Source: Blastocladiella emersonii ATCC 22665 (taxonomy: Eukaryota; Fungi; Blastocladiomycota). Taken from it: a DNA stretch of 64,000 bases. Location of the stretch: assembly GCA_025594325.1 (NCBI GenBank), contig JANHCV010000010.1, forward strand, positions 1 through 64,000. The letters are read 5' to 3'. The notes beneath the pieces were generated by a model. That model was not told where the DNA came from and searched no databases. It saw nothing but the letters and a program-made list of their open reading frames with translations. Shown piece by piece: positions 36,969 through 49,109 of this stretch. Every line of letters starts with the position of its first letter. The stretch's first letter is position 1. Both the position numbers and the translations under genes were made by a program.

Positions 36969-38619
36969 ACGACCTGCGATCCGCTCCCCCTCACCAACGG
37001 AAATCCACCCCCAGCGATCGTCCGCCATCCATCTGTCCTCGGGGGCCTCGACCACGCTGCCTCGACCACCGACCACCGGCTACCGGCCACGCCAGCCGCC
37101 CTCCTCAGCCTCGCTCACGTCCGCTTCCACGATCACCGTTGCGGGTCGGTCGATGCCTGGCTGGACTGCTTCACAGACCTCGGCCTCGGTCCTCGGCGCT
37201 GCTGCTCACGGCGAACCTACCACCGTTGCTACTCTTTTCCCTCCACCCCCTCCCCTCCCTCCTTCACAGAACGAACGAAGCGCGGATTGATGATTGGCTA
37301 TTCACAGACCTGTTCTGACTATCGTCCTCTCTGGGGCACATGCGGACGTGAAGCCGCCTCTTTCTGACCTCGCTGTTCGTCGTTCTACGTTGCTGCTTTC
37401 TGTCCGCTGTCCTTTTCTCTCGATGCATGTCGTCGCTCGTCGCAACTTGTTGTTGTTGTTGTTGTTCACTCCCGAGTTTGAGCCGTCGGATGGGCGTCCA
37501 CCACCATCTGCTGGTATAGAAAGGGAGAAGATTCTTCGCTCTACGTGGTTCACGGAACCCTACGTTGCTACTTTGATGATGATGATGCTGCCCGTGATCT
37601 CGCCCACCTTGTGCGCGCTGCCCCCTCACCGAGTCGATTGCTCACTCGCCAGCTCGTCAGTGACGATGGTAAAGAGTGTATTTGATTGTTTCCGCGTTCC
37701 GTTCACGTTGCTCGAGGACGTCGCGGCACAGACACGCTCAACGCGGCCGGCTCACTCAATCCGTCCTTCTCGTTCGTTGTTTGCTGTACAAAAAAGAAGC
37801 GCTCTCCCTCCGTCACCGATACAGCGACACGGTCACGAAGCAGGGGGGAAAGCTGGTGTATTGGCCAGGGTCATGTCAGGAACCGTCGCTACTGGCCGCC
37901 ATGCCCGACTGCTGCTGCTGCTGCTGCTGTACCTGCAGCTCGAGGTGCGCGTGGTGGCCGTGGCCATCGTGATCGTGATCATCGTAGTGATCGAGCTCGT
38001 GGCCGCCGTGGCCGTGGCCGTGGCCACCGTGGTCGCGCTCGTCGTCGCGGTCGCGCGCGAGAAAGAACTGCGAGTCGCCGAGGTACTCTTGGAGGCTGTT
38101 GAAGTCTACGTTGACGGCGATCGCGGTCAAACAGTCAGTCGCCGTCACAAATCAAGGAGAGCGCGGCCCACGTACCCATGGCCATGAAGATGCGCTCAAA
38201 GTGCGGAATGAACTCGTGCAGCGGCAGGTACAGGTTGAACTCGAGCTGCGCAAACACGTTGAACTCGTGCTCGCGAATGTCCTTGACCGCAACCCCGAGC
38301 GTCTTGGACAGCGACTCGAGCAGCGGGCCGAACTTGAACCCCTTGGGCTCGTTGACCTTGGTCGCCAGCAGCAGGCAGATGCACCCGACCAGGCGTCGGT
38401 TTGCCTTGACCGCGGTCCGCTTGAGGACCAGCTTCTCAAAGTACACAAACGACTTGGCCAGGCTCGAGATCTCCAGGTCCTGGATACAAGTTTGTGCGCG
38501 CAGTGAGTGACGGCCGTCTCGGCGGGCGGGCGAACAGGAAACAACGTAACGTACGTGAGCCATGCCGACGTCGACCAGGCGCCGCTTGAGGTTGCGGATC
38601 TGCGACAGGGTGAGCGACG
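36969..38619 (-). repeat. Right arm of the 1651-bp inverted duplication (native 3' end of the CABLES-like gene plus downstream DNA)
   Basis: Reverse complement of 25729-27379. Confidence 0.95.
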
Positions 38620-40825
38620 GGTCGACCTCGGGGTGCGTCTCGCGGAACTGCTCGTTGAGCTCCTTCTTGAGGTCGCTCGGCCGCGTGTACTGCATAATGG
38701 ACCCGACCGTGCCGGGCAGCGAGATGACCGTCTTGTGGCGGCCCGTGGTCAGAGCCGGGTCGTCGAGGTGGCCCGGGTCGTACGCGTTCGGGTGGTAGAG
38801 GTGGTTGTGGTGCTCGTGCCCCGACAGCAGCTCGCACCGCTCGAGCGGGTGGTCGTAGCGGCGGGTGCTGCCGCTGTCGTCGAGCAGGCCGTTGCCGCCG
38901 AGCGTGGATGGCGCGATGCCGTTGCGCGACAGCGGCACCTCCTCGTCGAGGTCGAGGCACCACGACGGCGATACCGAGGGCCGGCGCGAGTGGACCGACG
39001 GGTACGGGTGGTGCTGATCGAGGAGCCCCGAGACAGACCCGGTGCCTGTTCCGGACACGATGCCGTCGGGCGCCTCGGCCGATGCGGCGGCCGAGGCAGC
39101 AGCAGCGGACGCCGCCATGGCTGCAGCGGCACGCGCCGCCTCGCGGTGCTCGGCCTCGGAGCACAGGGACCCGGTTGGGCGCAGCAGGTGGGCGTAGCTG
39201 ATGGCGAGCCCGCGCGTGCCGCGACGGTGCTTGTCGATGGCGGCTAGGATGGACGAGGTGCCGCCAGAGGCGAGCGAGAGGGCCGACGGGTCGTGCGCGG
39301 CGCCGAGGACGGGTGGCGGGACGGCAGCCGAGAGCGGGGCGGCCTGGGCGAGAGCGAGGGCGCGCGAGTGCTTGAGGCGGCGCTTCTCGGTCGAGTAGGG
39401 GAACAGCGTCGACCAGGCGAGCGGGGGTCCGTTGCGCAGGGCAAAGAGGCCGCGGCGGACGCCGTCGGGGCGCGCCGAGATGGCGGGAGCCGGGACGGGC
39501 ACGGGCTGGGCGGGTTGCGCGAAGCGGGCCGAGGGACTGGTCGGGCCGAGGCTCGGCGAGGGCGGCGACTTGAGCGAGGAGCGCGGGGCGGCAAAGGGCG
39601 ATGGGTTCCGGTCGAGGTTGAGCGGCAGGGCGTGCGGGTGGGTCGCGCCGCGAAAGGCTCGACGCGCCCCATTCGCGGCCGCCGACGCGGTGGTAGCCGG
39701 AGTGCCGTTCCGCGGCGTGACAAAGGCGGGCGAGCCCATGGAAAGCGGCGACATGGGTGTGGCGGGCGAGCGAGTCGAAGGGGCGGAGGACGAGTCGGAC
39801 GAGTTGGACGACGAGCTCGAGCCGGCGGTCGGCAGGCGTGGACCCCGCGCGCCGCCCGCGTAGGGGTCCGCGGCGGGATCGGTCCCGGGCAGCGGCGCGG
39901 CATAGTAGGTGCCGGCGGTGGTGTGCCTGAGCGGCGCGTCGAGGGCAATGTTGCCCAGGAAGTCGAGAGCAGCGCGGTCGCGAGCGCTCCGCATGGCGGG
40001 TGCGGGCGAGACGGGCCGCGGGACGCGCGACTGCTTCGGGTTTTGTGGCGAAGCGTCGGGCGGAAGAGTCGCGGCGGCGGGATCACGATCCGCATCAACC
40101 GTCAGCGTGGCCGCCGCGGCCGCATCCGCCGGGATCGAGTCCGGGCAGGCGGCGACGAGGGCGGCCGAGGGCGATCGCGGCGAGTCGCCAGCAGCCGAGT
40201 ACGATGCCGAGGCCGAGGACGGGCTGGGACTCGGGTGCACGGTGGCGGTGCGCACGTCGGGCTTGGAGACGGGCGCGGCAGCCGACGTCGGGTGGTGGCC
40301 GGGGCGGATCGCGTGCGGGTGGTGCGAGGAGTTGGCATTGTTGATGTTGTTGTTGCGGTGGTTGGAGGCGGCGAGCAGCGAGATGGAGAGCAGGAACGAG
40401 ACGGCCGCGTCGGCGTCGGGTCGCGGCGACGTGGAGCGCGGGCGCGCGGGCAGCTCGGCGGCCACTGGCACACCATCGTCGTCACCGGTCATGTCCGCGC
40501 CGGCCACGCCATGACGCGTCAGCAGGGCGGCGGCGGAGGGCGCCGAGGCGCGGTGGCGCGCAACGGGCGCGGGCAGAGTGCGAGGGCCGGCCGCGCGCGG
40601 TATTCGGCCGGCACCGTGCTTCGCGATCGCCGCGGTCGCGGCAGGCGGGGGCGGGGGAGAGGCAGGGGGCGAGGCGGCAGGGAGGGGAGAACAGCGCGGT
40701 TTATTTCTTTCATCGGGCTCGTCGTCGGCGGGGGCGAGGGCAGAGGACGGGGCGGGGCCATGGTGGGCGAGCAGGCAGGCGCTGGACGCGCGGGCAAAGG
40801 GGGGCGGGGGTAACGAGGCGGCCAT
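37876..40825 (-). CDS. CABLES-family (CDK5/ABL substrate) cyclin-like protein; start codon uncertain
   Basis: LDDPALTTGRHKTVI...YTRPSDLKKELNEQFRETHP...LTLSQIRNLK and YFEKLVLK...KANRRL...CLLLATK fit CABLES. N-terminal AALDFLGNIALD motif. Two introns near the 3' end (one at 38480-38554). Confidence 0.85.
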
Positions 40826-41295
40826 GCGGTCGACGGCGGCAGGGCGGGGCGGCGGAGCGGAATGGTGGCGGGTCGGTGGGGGGAGAGAGCGAAGGCGGGG
40901 AGGAGGGGCGTGTTGGCGGCGTTGTCGTCGGGTCGGGTCGCCGGAGCGCGTGGGCGAGCGGGCGGGCGGGCGGGCTGCAGGACGAGTCGGGCACGGCGCG
41001 CGCGTTGCGGCGAGTGGCGGCGCGCGTTGCAGGCGGTCGCGTCGGATTCGCTGTCACTGTACGCGATGGCGGACTTGGGGCTCACTCGTTTTCGTCGGCG
41101 GCGGGTCGGCGGCGACGGCCGCGCTTCGCCGAGTGGCGCCGCGGCGCAAACCCGCGTCAGGTGACGCGCCGAAACCGGGTTTTTGCCTCTGCCTCGGGGA
41201 CGCGTCCGCGGTTCGAAGCACATGTCTCGCCCGCCCGCGCCAACCGGCCCGCGCTCTGCCTGCGCACCGCGCATACATGTAACTCTGCCCGCTGA

Positions 41296-41331
41296 GCCCG
41301 CGACTGCCCGCGACTGCCCGCGACTGCCCGC
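41296..41331. repeat. (GCCCGCGACT)x3 in the divergent CABLES/NST1 promoter region
   Basis: Read directly from the sequence. Confidence 0.8.
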
Positions 41332-41594
41332 AACGCTCCGCCCGACGCACCCACCGACCGCGCGACCCCGCGACGCCGCCCGTTTGCCGGCCATCGGATA
41401 CTCTCCGCCGTGTCTCACCACGCTTTCCCGCAACCTCGCTCTGCGCCGCGCTGCCGGTAAGTTCGCTTCTGCCCTCCGAATCGCACGGGCGGCCCCTGAC
41501 TTGCTCGCCCACCTCTGCCACCGGCGTAGCTCCTCCTCCCCTGGTTCGCGCGAACCGCTGAGACCCCGCCACCGCGCTGCGCCCACCTCGCACC

Positions 41595-44500
41595 ATGGGC
41601 GCTAAACATCGCCGCTTGCCGGCTGCCTCTGTCGCCGCATCGCCTGCACCGGCTGCGCTCGACAAGGTCGCGCCGCCCGTACCCGCCCATGCGCCGTCCG
41701 CCCCCGCCCACCCGGCGGCAGGCCAGGACCTCGATCCGGACCTGGATCTCGACCTCGCGCGCGACCAGTTCCTCTCCTTTGTCACCCGCGACGAGCGCGC
41801 CGCCGTGCGCGCCTACTGGGCCTCGCTCAACAAGGACGCCCAGCTGCAGCTCCGCCGCACCCCAAAGTGCGCCCTGCTCTCGCTCCTCAACTCGGACGAG
41901 TACTCGCACCCGTCCGCCTGCCGCCACTGCCTCGGCGACACCCTGCGCCTCGCCAACGCCGTCCACGGCCTCGGCGACCACGTCGACCTCGCCGCCATCA
42001 TGGCCGACCCGCTCTACCCGTACCACCACCACCATCACCACCATCCCACGCACCAGCATCACTCCCACCTCCATCACCATCTCCACCACAACCACAATCA
42101 CGCCCACGGGCACTCGCACTCGCACTCGCACCCGCATTCTCACTCCCACACCCAACACGGGCCCGTCGACCACACCAACCACTTCTCGCACCCGACACCA
42201 CCACCGCCGCCGCCGCCCGCTGCCACCGCGCCCAAGCGCCAACCCGCACCGCCGAAACACGCACACGCGTCCGCCACCGCCGCGGCGGCGGCAATGCCGG
42301 GGTCCGCCGCACCGGTGCCGAGCTCGGCCAACGCGACGCTTCCGCCACGATCCGGTTCGTGTCTTTCTCGCACCGCGGACCCTCCGATATGGTCTGATTT
42401 CGTCTCTTCCTCTGCTAGACGTCAACGGGAACCCACGCGGATCCGCTGATGCACCGCCGCCCGCTACCGCAACATCGTCGCCAGGAGGAGCGGTAGCGCC
42501 ATCGCCGGCCGTAGCACCACCCACTGCGTTCGCTGCTGCAGCCCCGAAGCCCAAGGGCCTCGACCTCTCCGCCTTCGACGACATTGATGGCGTCGACCTC
42601 GACGATTTCGACTGCGACAAGGTCGACCTCGAGGAGTCGGCCCAGGCCGCCCTCATGCAGGTCGCCACCGACCTCCTCGAGAACAAGGCGAGCCATTTCA
42701 TCGAGGTCATGGAGCAGCTGACCGGTTGCCGCCTGCAGCTCGCCTCCACCGACGAGGGCACCGCCGCCATCCCCGCGTCCGCTCCCCTCGCCGACGGCGC
42801 AGCGGTCGCGGCGGCCTCGGAGCTGGTCCCCGACGCCCCCGTCTCGCTCTACCGCATCCCGTCCGACCGCCCCGTGTCGCGCTTCACCCGCGACTGCCTG
42901 CACCAGCACCGCCGCGCCAACGGCGCCTCGGCCCCGCACAGCGAGCAGCAGCCGCTCTCGGCCGTCGACCATACGGCCCACCTCAACCTCCCCTACGACG
43001 TGCCCGTCCCCGCGCCGCGCGACCTCGCCCTCTCGTCCATCAAGGCCGCCGAGCTCGACCCCCGCACCCCCGCCGCCGTCGCCCTCGTCGCGTCCACCCT
43101 CGAGACCACCGCGAGCCCGCACGTCCCGGCCCACCCGTACTTTGGCCACTACACGTCCCGCGACATGTTCTCCCACGACGGCTTCGACGGGTTCTCGCTC
43201 TACGCCGACACCGAGGATACCACCACTCTCACGGGCAAGCTCGCCGCCACCTCGGCCCGCAAAAAGCACGCCCAGCCACCCTTTGCGCCCGCGGCCGCGT
43301 CTCCAGCCAAGGCCTCGCCGGCGCCCACCCAGCAGGCGCCCAAGTCCGCTGTCGCTGCCGACGCGGCCAGGGACTCGGTCTCGCAGGAGCCGCAGCGCAA
43401 GTCGTACCTCGCAGGCGCCGTCGCGTCCGATCCCGCTGACGACGAACCCGGTGCGCTCGCTGACGAGGTCCGCGCCGCTGTGCCGCTCGACGGGCCCGAA
43501 CACGCGTCAGATGACGACGCTGACGGCGTCGCGTGCGCGTGCGAGTGCGGGTGCCACGACGGCGACTGCGAGTGCGACCCGGACTGCGACTGCGCGTGCA
43601 ACGTCGACGACGAGGGCGACTACGACGTGTGCGATTGCGGGTGCGACTGCGGCGACCCGATCCACGACCAGTACACGGACGAGGAGGAGGAGGACGACGA
43701 GGACGACTACGTGTCCGACGAGGAGGACGACGAGGAGCTCGACGACGCCGACTGCGAGCGGCATCTCCGCGAAATGGCCGCCAAGCTCATGGCCCAGCGC
43801 GTCCTCGACGCCTACCGCGCCCACGCCGCCGAGCGCGCCGCCGCGGCGCTCCTCGCCGAGGAGGAAAAGGAGGCCGCCGAGCGCGAGGCCGCCCGCGCCC
43901 GCCGCCTCGACGCCAAAGCCCAGAAGCGCGAGGCGCGTCGCCTCGCTCGCCAGGCCCAGGAGGCCGCCGAGCGCGAGCGCCGCGAGGCCGAGGAGAAGGA
44001 GAAGGAGCGCGAGCGCGAGGCCAAGAAGGAGCGCGCCCGCATCGCCGCCGAGCAGCGTGCTGCTGCCGAGGAGCGCAAGGCTCGCGAGCGCGCCGAGCGG
44101 GAACGTTCTCGTGCCGCATCGGCCACCGAGTCGCCCGCGTCAACGACGGTGACGCCGCCGGTTGCTCCCCTGACCGCGGCAGCGGCCGACGCGAGTCCGG
44201 CGCCCAAGCCGGCGACGGGAACCTCGCCGCCATCCGCCGTCAAGGCCGTCGCGCACGAGCCGGCACCTGGTTCCGCCCAAACCGTCGCTCCTGCTCGCGC
44301 TCCCGTCTCCGCCGTTTCCGCGCAAGCTCCTGCACCGGCGGCGACGCCGAGCCCGGCACCCGCGCCCAAGGAGGCGCTCGCCGCGCGCAAGGCCAAGGGA
44401 AGCGCCCCCGCACCCAATGGTGCTGCGGCTCCCGCTCCTGCTCCCGCTCGTGCTGCGTCCACGCCCGCTTCGACGCCGGCACCAACGGGCCCGAGCAAGA

Positions 44501-46992
44501 GCCGCGCCGCCAGTCGCGCGACGAGTCCCGCCCCAAGGGCGGCAGCAGTACCCGTCGTCAAGTTGTCGGTGGCCACGGCTCCGCCCGCCGCCGCCGCCGT
44601 TCCTGCGACGCCGGTCTCGCCACCGCGGTCCAAGGGCCGCCGGCCGCAGACCGTCGCACCTGTCGCGGCGGCCGAGGCGCCGCGTGCGGCCAAGTCGGCG
44701 CAGCCCGTTGTCGTCGCACCGGTGCCCGAGGCGCCGACCTCGCGCAAGTCGACGCAGCCCAACACGGTCGCCACCGCGGCGGTTAAGGCTGACGTGCCCA
44801 AGCTCGCACCACCGACACTGGCCGAGCCCGCGCCTGTCGCGCCGGCGGTGGTATCGTCGTCGCCGCCCACACCACCTTCGTCGTCGGCTCCCACCGCCGT
44901 GGTCCCGCCCGCCACGATTTCGCCGCCAGCCGCTTCACCGCAACCTGGTCACGTCGGCACCCGCGACTTGAGCGCGCCGCCGTTCACTGCGCCCTCGCTC
45001 GGCGTCAACATTGACATATCCAAGGTCTCGACGCGCTCCTCGCCGTCCGTCCTCGTCGCGACGGACACGTCGGCGGCACCGACACCCTCCAGTCCGCCAG
45101 CGCCGCCCACGACCAATGGCTCGGCGCCCGCTCAACCCCCGGCCGCGCCCGCTGCTCCCGCCACCCCTGCCGCTGTCGACGAGAAGCCTGACGATCTGGC
45201 GAGTCATACCGGCTCGCAGGCTAGTCACAGCTCGGGCAGCCGAACCTCGGCGCCGAGCACGTCGGCCGCCGGCAGCAACGTGGCCTCGACGGCGTCGCTG
45301 CAGTCTTCACACCACCACGCGCCGCCGCAGTACCTCCAGCCGCCGGGTGGCGTGCCGACGCTCCTCGCTGGTCCGCCCCCGCCGTCGCACATGGGCCCGC
45401 TTCCTCCCGGCGCCGTGCCGCCCGCCGGGTTCCAGCCCGTCTTGCTCGGCCCCGGCATGCCGATGCAGATGCCCATGGGCATGCCGATGCACCCGCACCA
45501 CATGCAGCATCCTCAGGGCGGCGTCGCCATGTTTGCGCCGTACATGTACACGGGCGTCGCCATGGCCGTTCCCGGTGGCGGGATCTACACGATGCCGATG
45601 GCGCCCAACGGCGCGCCGCAGCCGCGCCCCTCGCACGCGGCTGGGTACCCGATGGCGGCGGCGCCTGGCAACGGGCCGCAGTCGCCCGAGTCCGCGGCGG
45701 CCGCCAGCGCGGATCCGTCGGCCCTGCCCGCGATGCACGCGCAGCCGCAGTACATCCAGGTCATCCCCGCGGGCGCGGCAGGCGGCGCCGTCCCCATGTA
45801 CATGGCCGCGCAGGGACCCGGCGGGCACCCCGTCATGATCCCGGTGCACCACGTCCCGCAGCCCGGGATGCCCGTCCTCGTTCAGCACCAGCATCCGCAC
45901 CAACAGCAGCAACAGTTCGCATACCCGATGCAGCCGCCGCAGCACCAGCAGCAGCACCAGATCCCGCTGGAGCAGCAGCCGCAGGCGCAGCAGGCCGCGA
46001 CGGTCGGCGATGGTGCCGATTTTGCGGCCATGCCCACCTCGCCCATGGTCGGCCTCGGTCAGCAGCAACAGCAGCAGTACCAGCAGTCGCACATGCCGCA
46101 GCCGGCGCGCGAGCGGCACCTCAGTCTCCTCGGCATGGCGCCCGTGCAGGACTCGGTCCCCGCGCTCTCAACCTCGGTCAAGAGCAGCGGCACCGCCGCG
46201 TATGGACTCGGTGCCGAGGCGTGGGACTCGTCACCGTACCGGACCGCCGACGCGTACGACGCGGCCGAGCAGGACCCGTACGCCGGCTACTACGGCCAGC
46301 AGCAGCAACAGCTCGCGCCCGGCACGGGTGCCTCGGCGGTCAAGTCTGCCGGCACGTCGGGCCTGTTCCTCGGCGGATCCAGCTCGCGTACCGCGTCGGG
46401 CAGCGGCACCGCTCCGGCTGGCGCTGCCGGGTCGACGCTCGCGCCGGTTCTCGGCACTGGCGGCGCGGGCGCGTCGATCTGGTCCCCGTTTGGCGCGGGC
46501 AACCTGTTTGACGACCTGCGCAGCCCGACCACGGCCACGGGCGCGCCCGGCGACCCGCTGTCGCACCCCGTGTCCCCGCTCTCGGCCAAGTCCCGGTGGG
46601 GCTCGACGGCGGTGCCGTCCCTCGGTTTCAGCGGGCACGGCCACGGACTCGCGGCCGCCTCCGCGTCGGCGCTCGACGGCGCTGCGCTGCTGGACCGGTC
46701 CCTCACGGACGCGCTGACGGCCGACGGCGCGGTGGACGGTGACGACGACCTGTTCAACCCGCTCGCTACGGCGATGCCCAGCATGAACGGCGCGAACGCG
46801 TACGCGTCGGCGCCGTGGTGGCCCGAGCAGTCGTCGTCCGCGACGCAGTCGGCCGTCGGCGGCACCGGCGCGAGCGGCGGGTTCGGCAGCGGGTTCCCCG
46901 GCCGCCAGTACCACCGCGAGCGCACCGTGTCGACGGCGCGCGGCGTCGATGGCCTGTTCGGCGGCAGCGGCGGCAGCAGCGGCGGGTTCTGA
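41595..46992 (+). CDS. NST1: NST1-like stress-response protein, 2 exons
   Basis: DERAAVRAYWASL...C..C, QVATDLLENKASHFIEVMEQL and MAAKLMAQRVLDAYR followed by an E/R/K coiled coil match fungal Nst1 blocks. Intron 42355-42418 joins ORFs 41595 and 41689. Confidence 0.75.
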
Positions 46993-47137
46993 CCGCGCTC
47001 TCACAGCAGCAGCAGCCACACATCATGAGATTTTGGAATCAGATCAGTTTTTGGGAACAGCTTGAGTGGGTGGTGGTGAGCGAGAGCAATGTGGGTGATA
47101 TCAAGGTGCAACAACAGCACGGCGAGGAGCAGCAGGA

Positions 47138-48583
47138 TCAGTTGGTGGCGGTCGGGACCACGGCCGAGGCGGTCGGCGCGCCGGCCCCGACGCCGTTGCG
47201 GGTGAGGGCGAGGGTCGCGGGCCACCCGAGCGTCGCGGCGAGGCTCAGGATGCGGCACCGCGCATGGAGGCGGTGCGCGAGGCGGACCGCGGCCGCAGCC
47301 GACTCGTCGTTGGCCGTCGCAGTCGCATCGGATCCCGTGGCGGCGGTCGGTTGCTGCTCGGCGGGCGACGGCGGCGCCGACCCGGGCCGCGCGACGGGGC
47401 TCTTGCCGCGGCCGAGAATCCCGCCGCTGCTACCGCTGTTGCGGCGGCGCAGGCTCGATGCCGTGGACCGCGACAGGCCGCGGAGCGAAGCGATAGCCGC
47501 GTCGACGGCGTCGCGCAGGAACTCGATCTCGGACCAGTCGCGGGCGTCGAGCGGGTGCAGGGCGAGCGGGGCGGCCGGGTCGATGATGGCGGAAGCGGAC
47601 GCGGGCGGGGTCGGGCGGCGCAGGGCGTTGAAGAAGGCGCGGCGCGGCGAGGTAGAGGCGGTGGCCGTCGCCGGCGAGGCCGGGTCGGCGGCGGCGGTCG
47701 CGACGGGCGTGACCGTGGTGGTGGGGCGCGAGCGCTCGGCGAGCAGGCGGGCCATGGCGTCGCGCGCGTCGGTGAGCAGGCGGTGGGCCTCGAACAGCTC
47801 GAGGACGGGGGCCGCCGGGTTGGCCGCGGTGGCGGGGGTGGTGGGGGTGTCCATGGCGTTGGGCGCGGGGCGCGGCGACTTTTTCTTCTCAGGCGACAGG
47901 GTGCGGGCGACGCGGCGCAGCGTGACGCCGAACGGCGAGCCGTGCGACTGCTGCGGCTTCTTGGTCGGGGAGGGAGGAGCGGCGGCGGCCGTGTCGAGGA
48001 GGGACGAAGAGGAGCCGTTGGCCGAGTCGGAGGCGGCCGCGTTCTCGCCGGGCGCGGGTGTCACGCCGGCCGCAGTCGCCGTGGCCGTTGCGGCATCGAG
48101 GTGCAGCTGGAGGGCATCGAGGGCGGACGCTGTGATGTTGGGTCAGCACTCGAGCGACGGAAAGAACGTGAGCGGAGCGAGCGTACCCAGCGCGTCGTCG
48201 CGGTCGTCGACAGGCTGCTCGCCCGCGGTCGCGACGGCGGCGATCAGGCCCTGGATAGCTGCGGCGGCGGCCGAGTGCTCGCTGGCGCGGCCGGCGGCGT
48301 GGTGCTCGAGGCGGCGGCCCATGGCGTCGCGCCAGTGCTCCTGGACGGCGCGCGCCGCGTCGTCGGGCGTAGTCGCGGCGTCGGTGCCGGCAGCGGTCAT
48401 GGCGAGGAGCGAGGCTAGCGAGGCCGCGGCGGGGCCCGTGTCAGCGTCGGAGCCCGGGATCAGCGAGTGCAGCTCGGCGAGGGCGGCCGTGACGGGGGCC
48501 GGGATGACCTTGGCCGCGACGAAGCCGCCGACGCGCTCGCCGGCAAACTTGGCGCAGCCCCAGATGGCGTCGGACGCGGTCAT
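47138..48583 (-). CDS. Hypothetical protein, probably 2 exons
   Basis: ATG at 48583. A probable short intron at ~48130-48186 (GTACG...CTGAC...CAG) joins ORFs 48143.. and 47138.. . GC3-biased codons. No family recognised. Confidence 0.6.
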
Positions 48584-49109
48584 TGTGGCTAGGGAGGGGA
48601 GTGATGGGAAGGGTGATTGGCGGGGAGGGGCACGAGGGCGCGAGTGCGACGGATCGGGGTGCGAGTGCGAGGGCAGCCGAGTGCGGGCGGTGCGGGCGGC
48701 CTTTATACCCGGGTGCGAGTGTGTTGGGTTGCGTTGAGCGGTGGGGGCAGAGGAGGGGGAGAGCGGATTCGGCTGCGCGCGCCGTTTTTCACGCGGCCTC
48801 TCCCGCCGCGGTCCGCGTCGCGCGTCACGTCGCGTCGCGCCACTTGTTCCGGCCGCGTTCCTCTCCCTCCTTCCTTCCTCGCTCCGAGTGGCTCGGCTGC
48901 CCATGTGAAAAGACCTGCAACTGCCATCGCCCTCACTATCAATCGCTCGTGGCCACGGCCGCGGTCGGGCGCACGCCGCCGTGCCGTGGGGATCGCGCCG
49001 TGGCCACGTTTCCGCGCAACCGCGCCCACCCTATCGCTCGCCCACCACCATCGACTGAAGTGACTAGCTAGTATCAGTACTAATGTATATGTCTCCCCAC
49101 GGACCGCGC

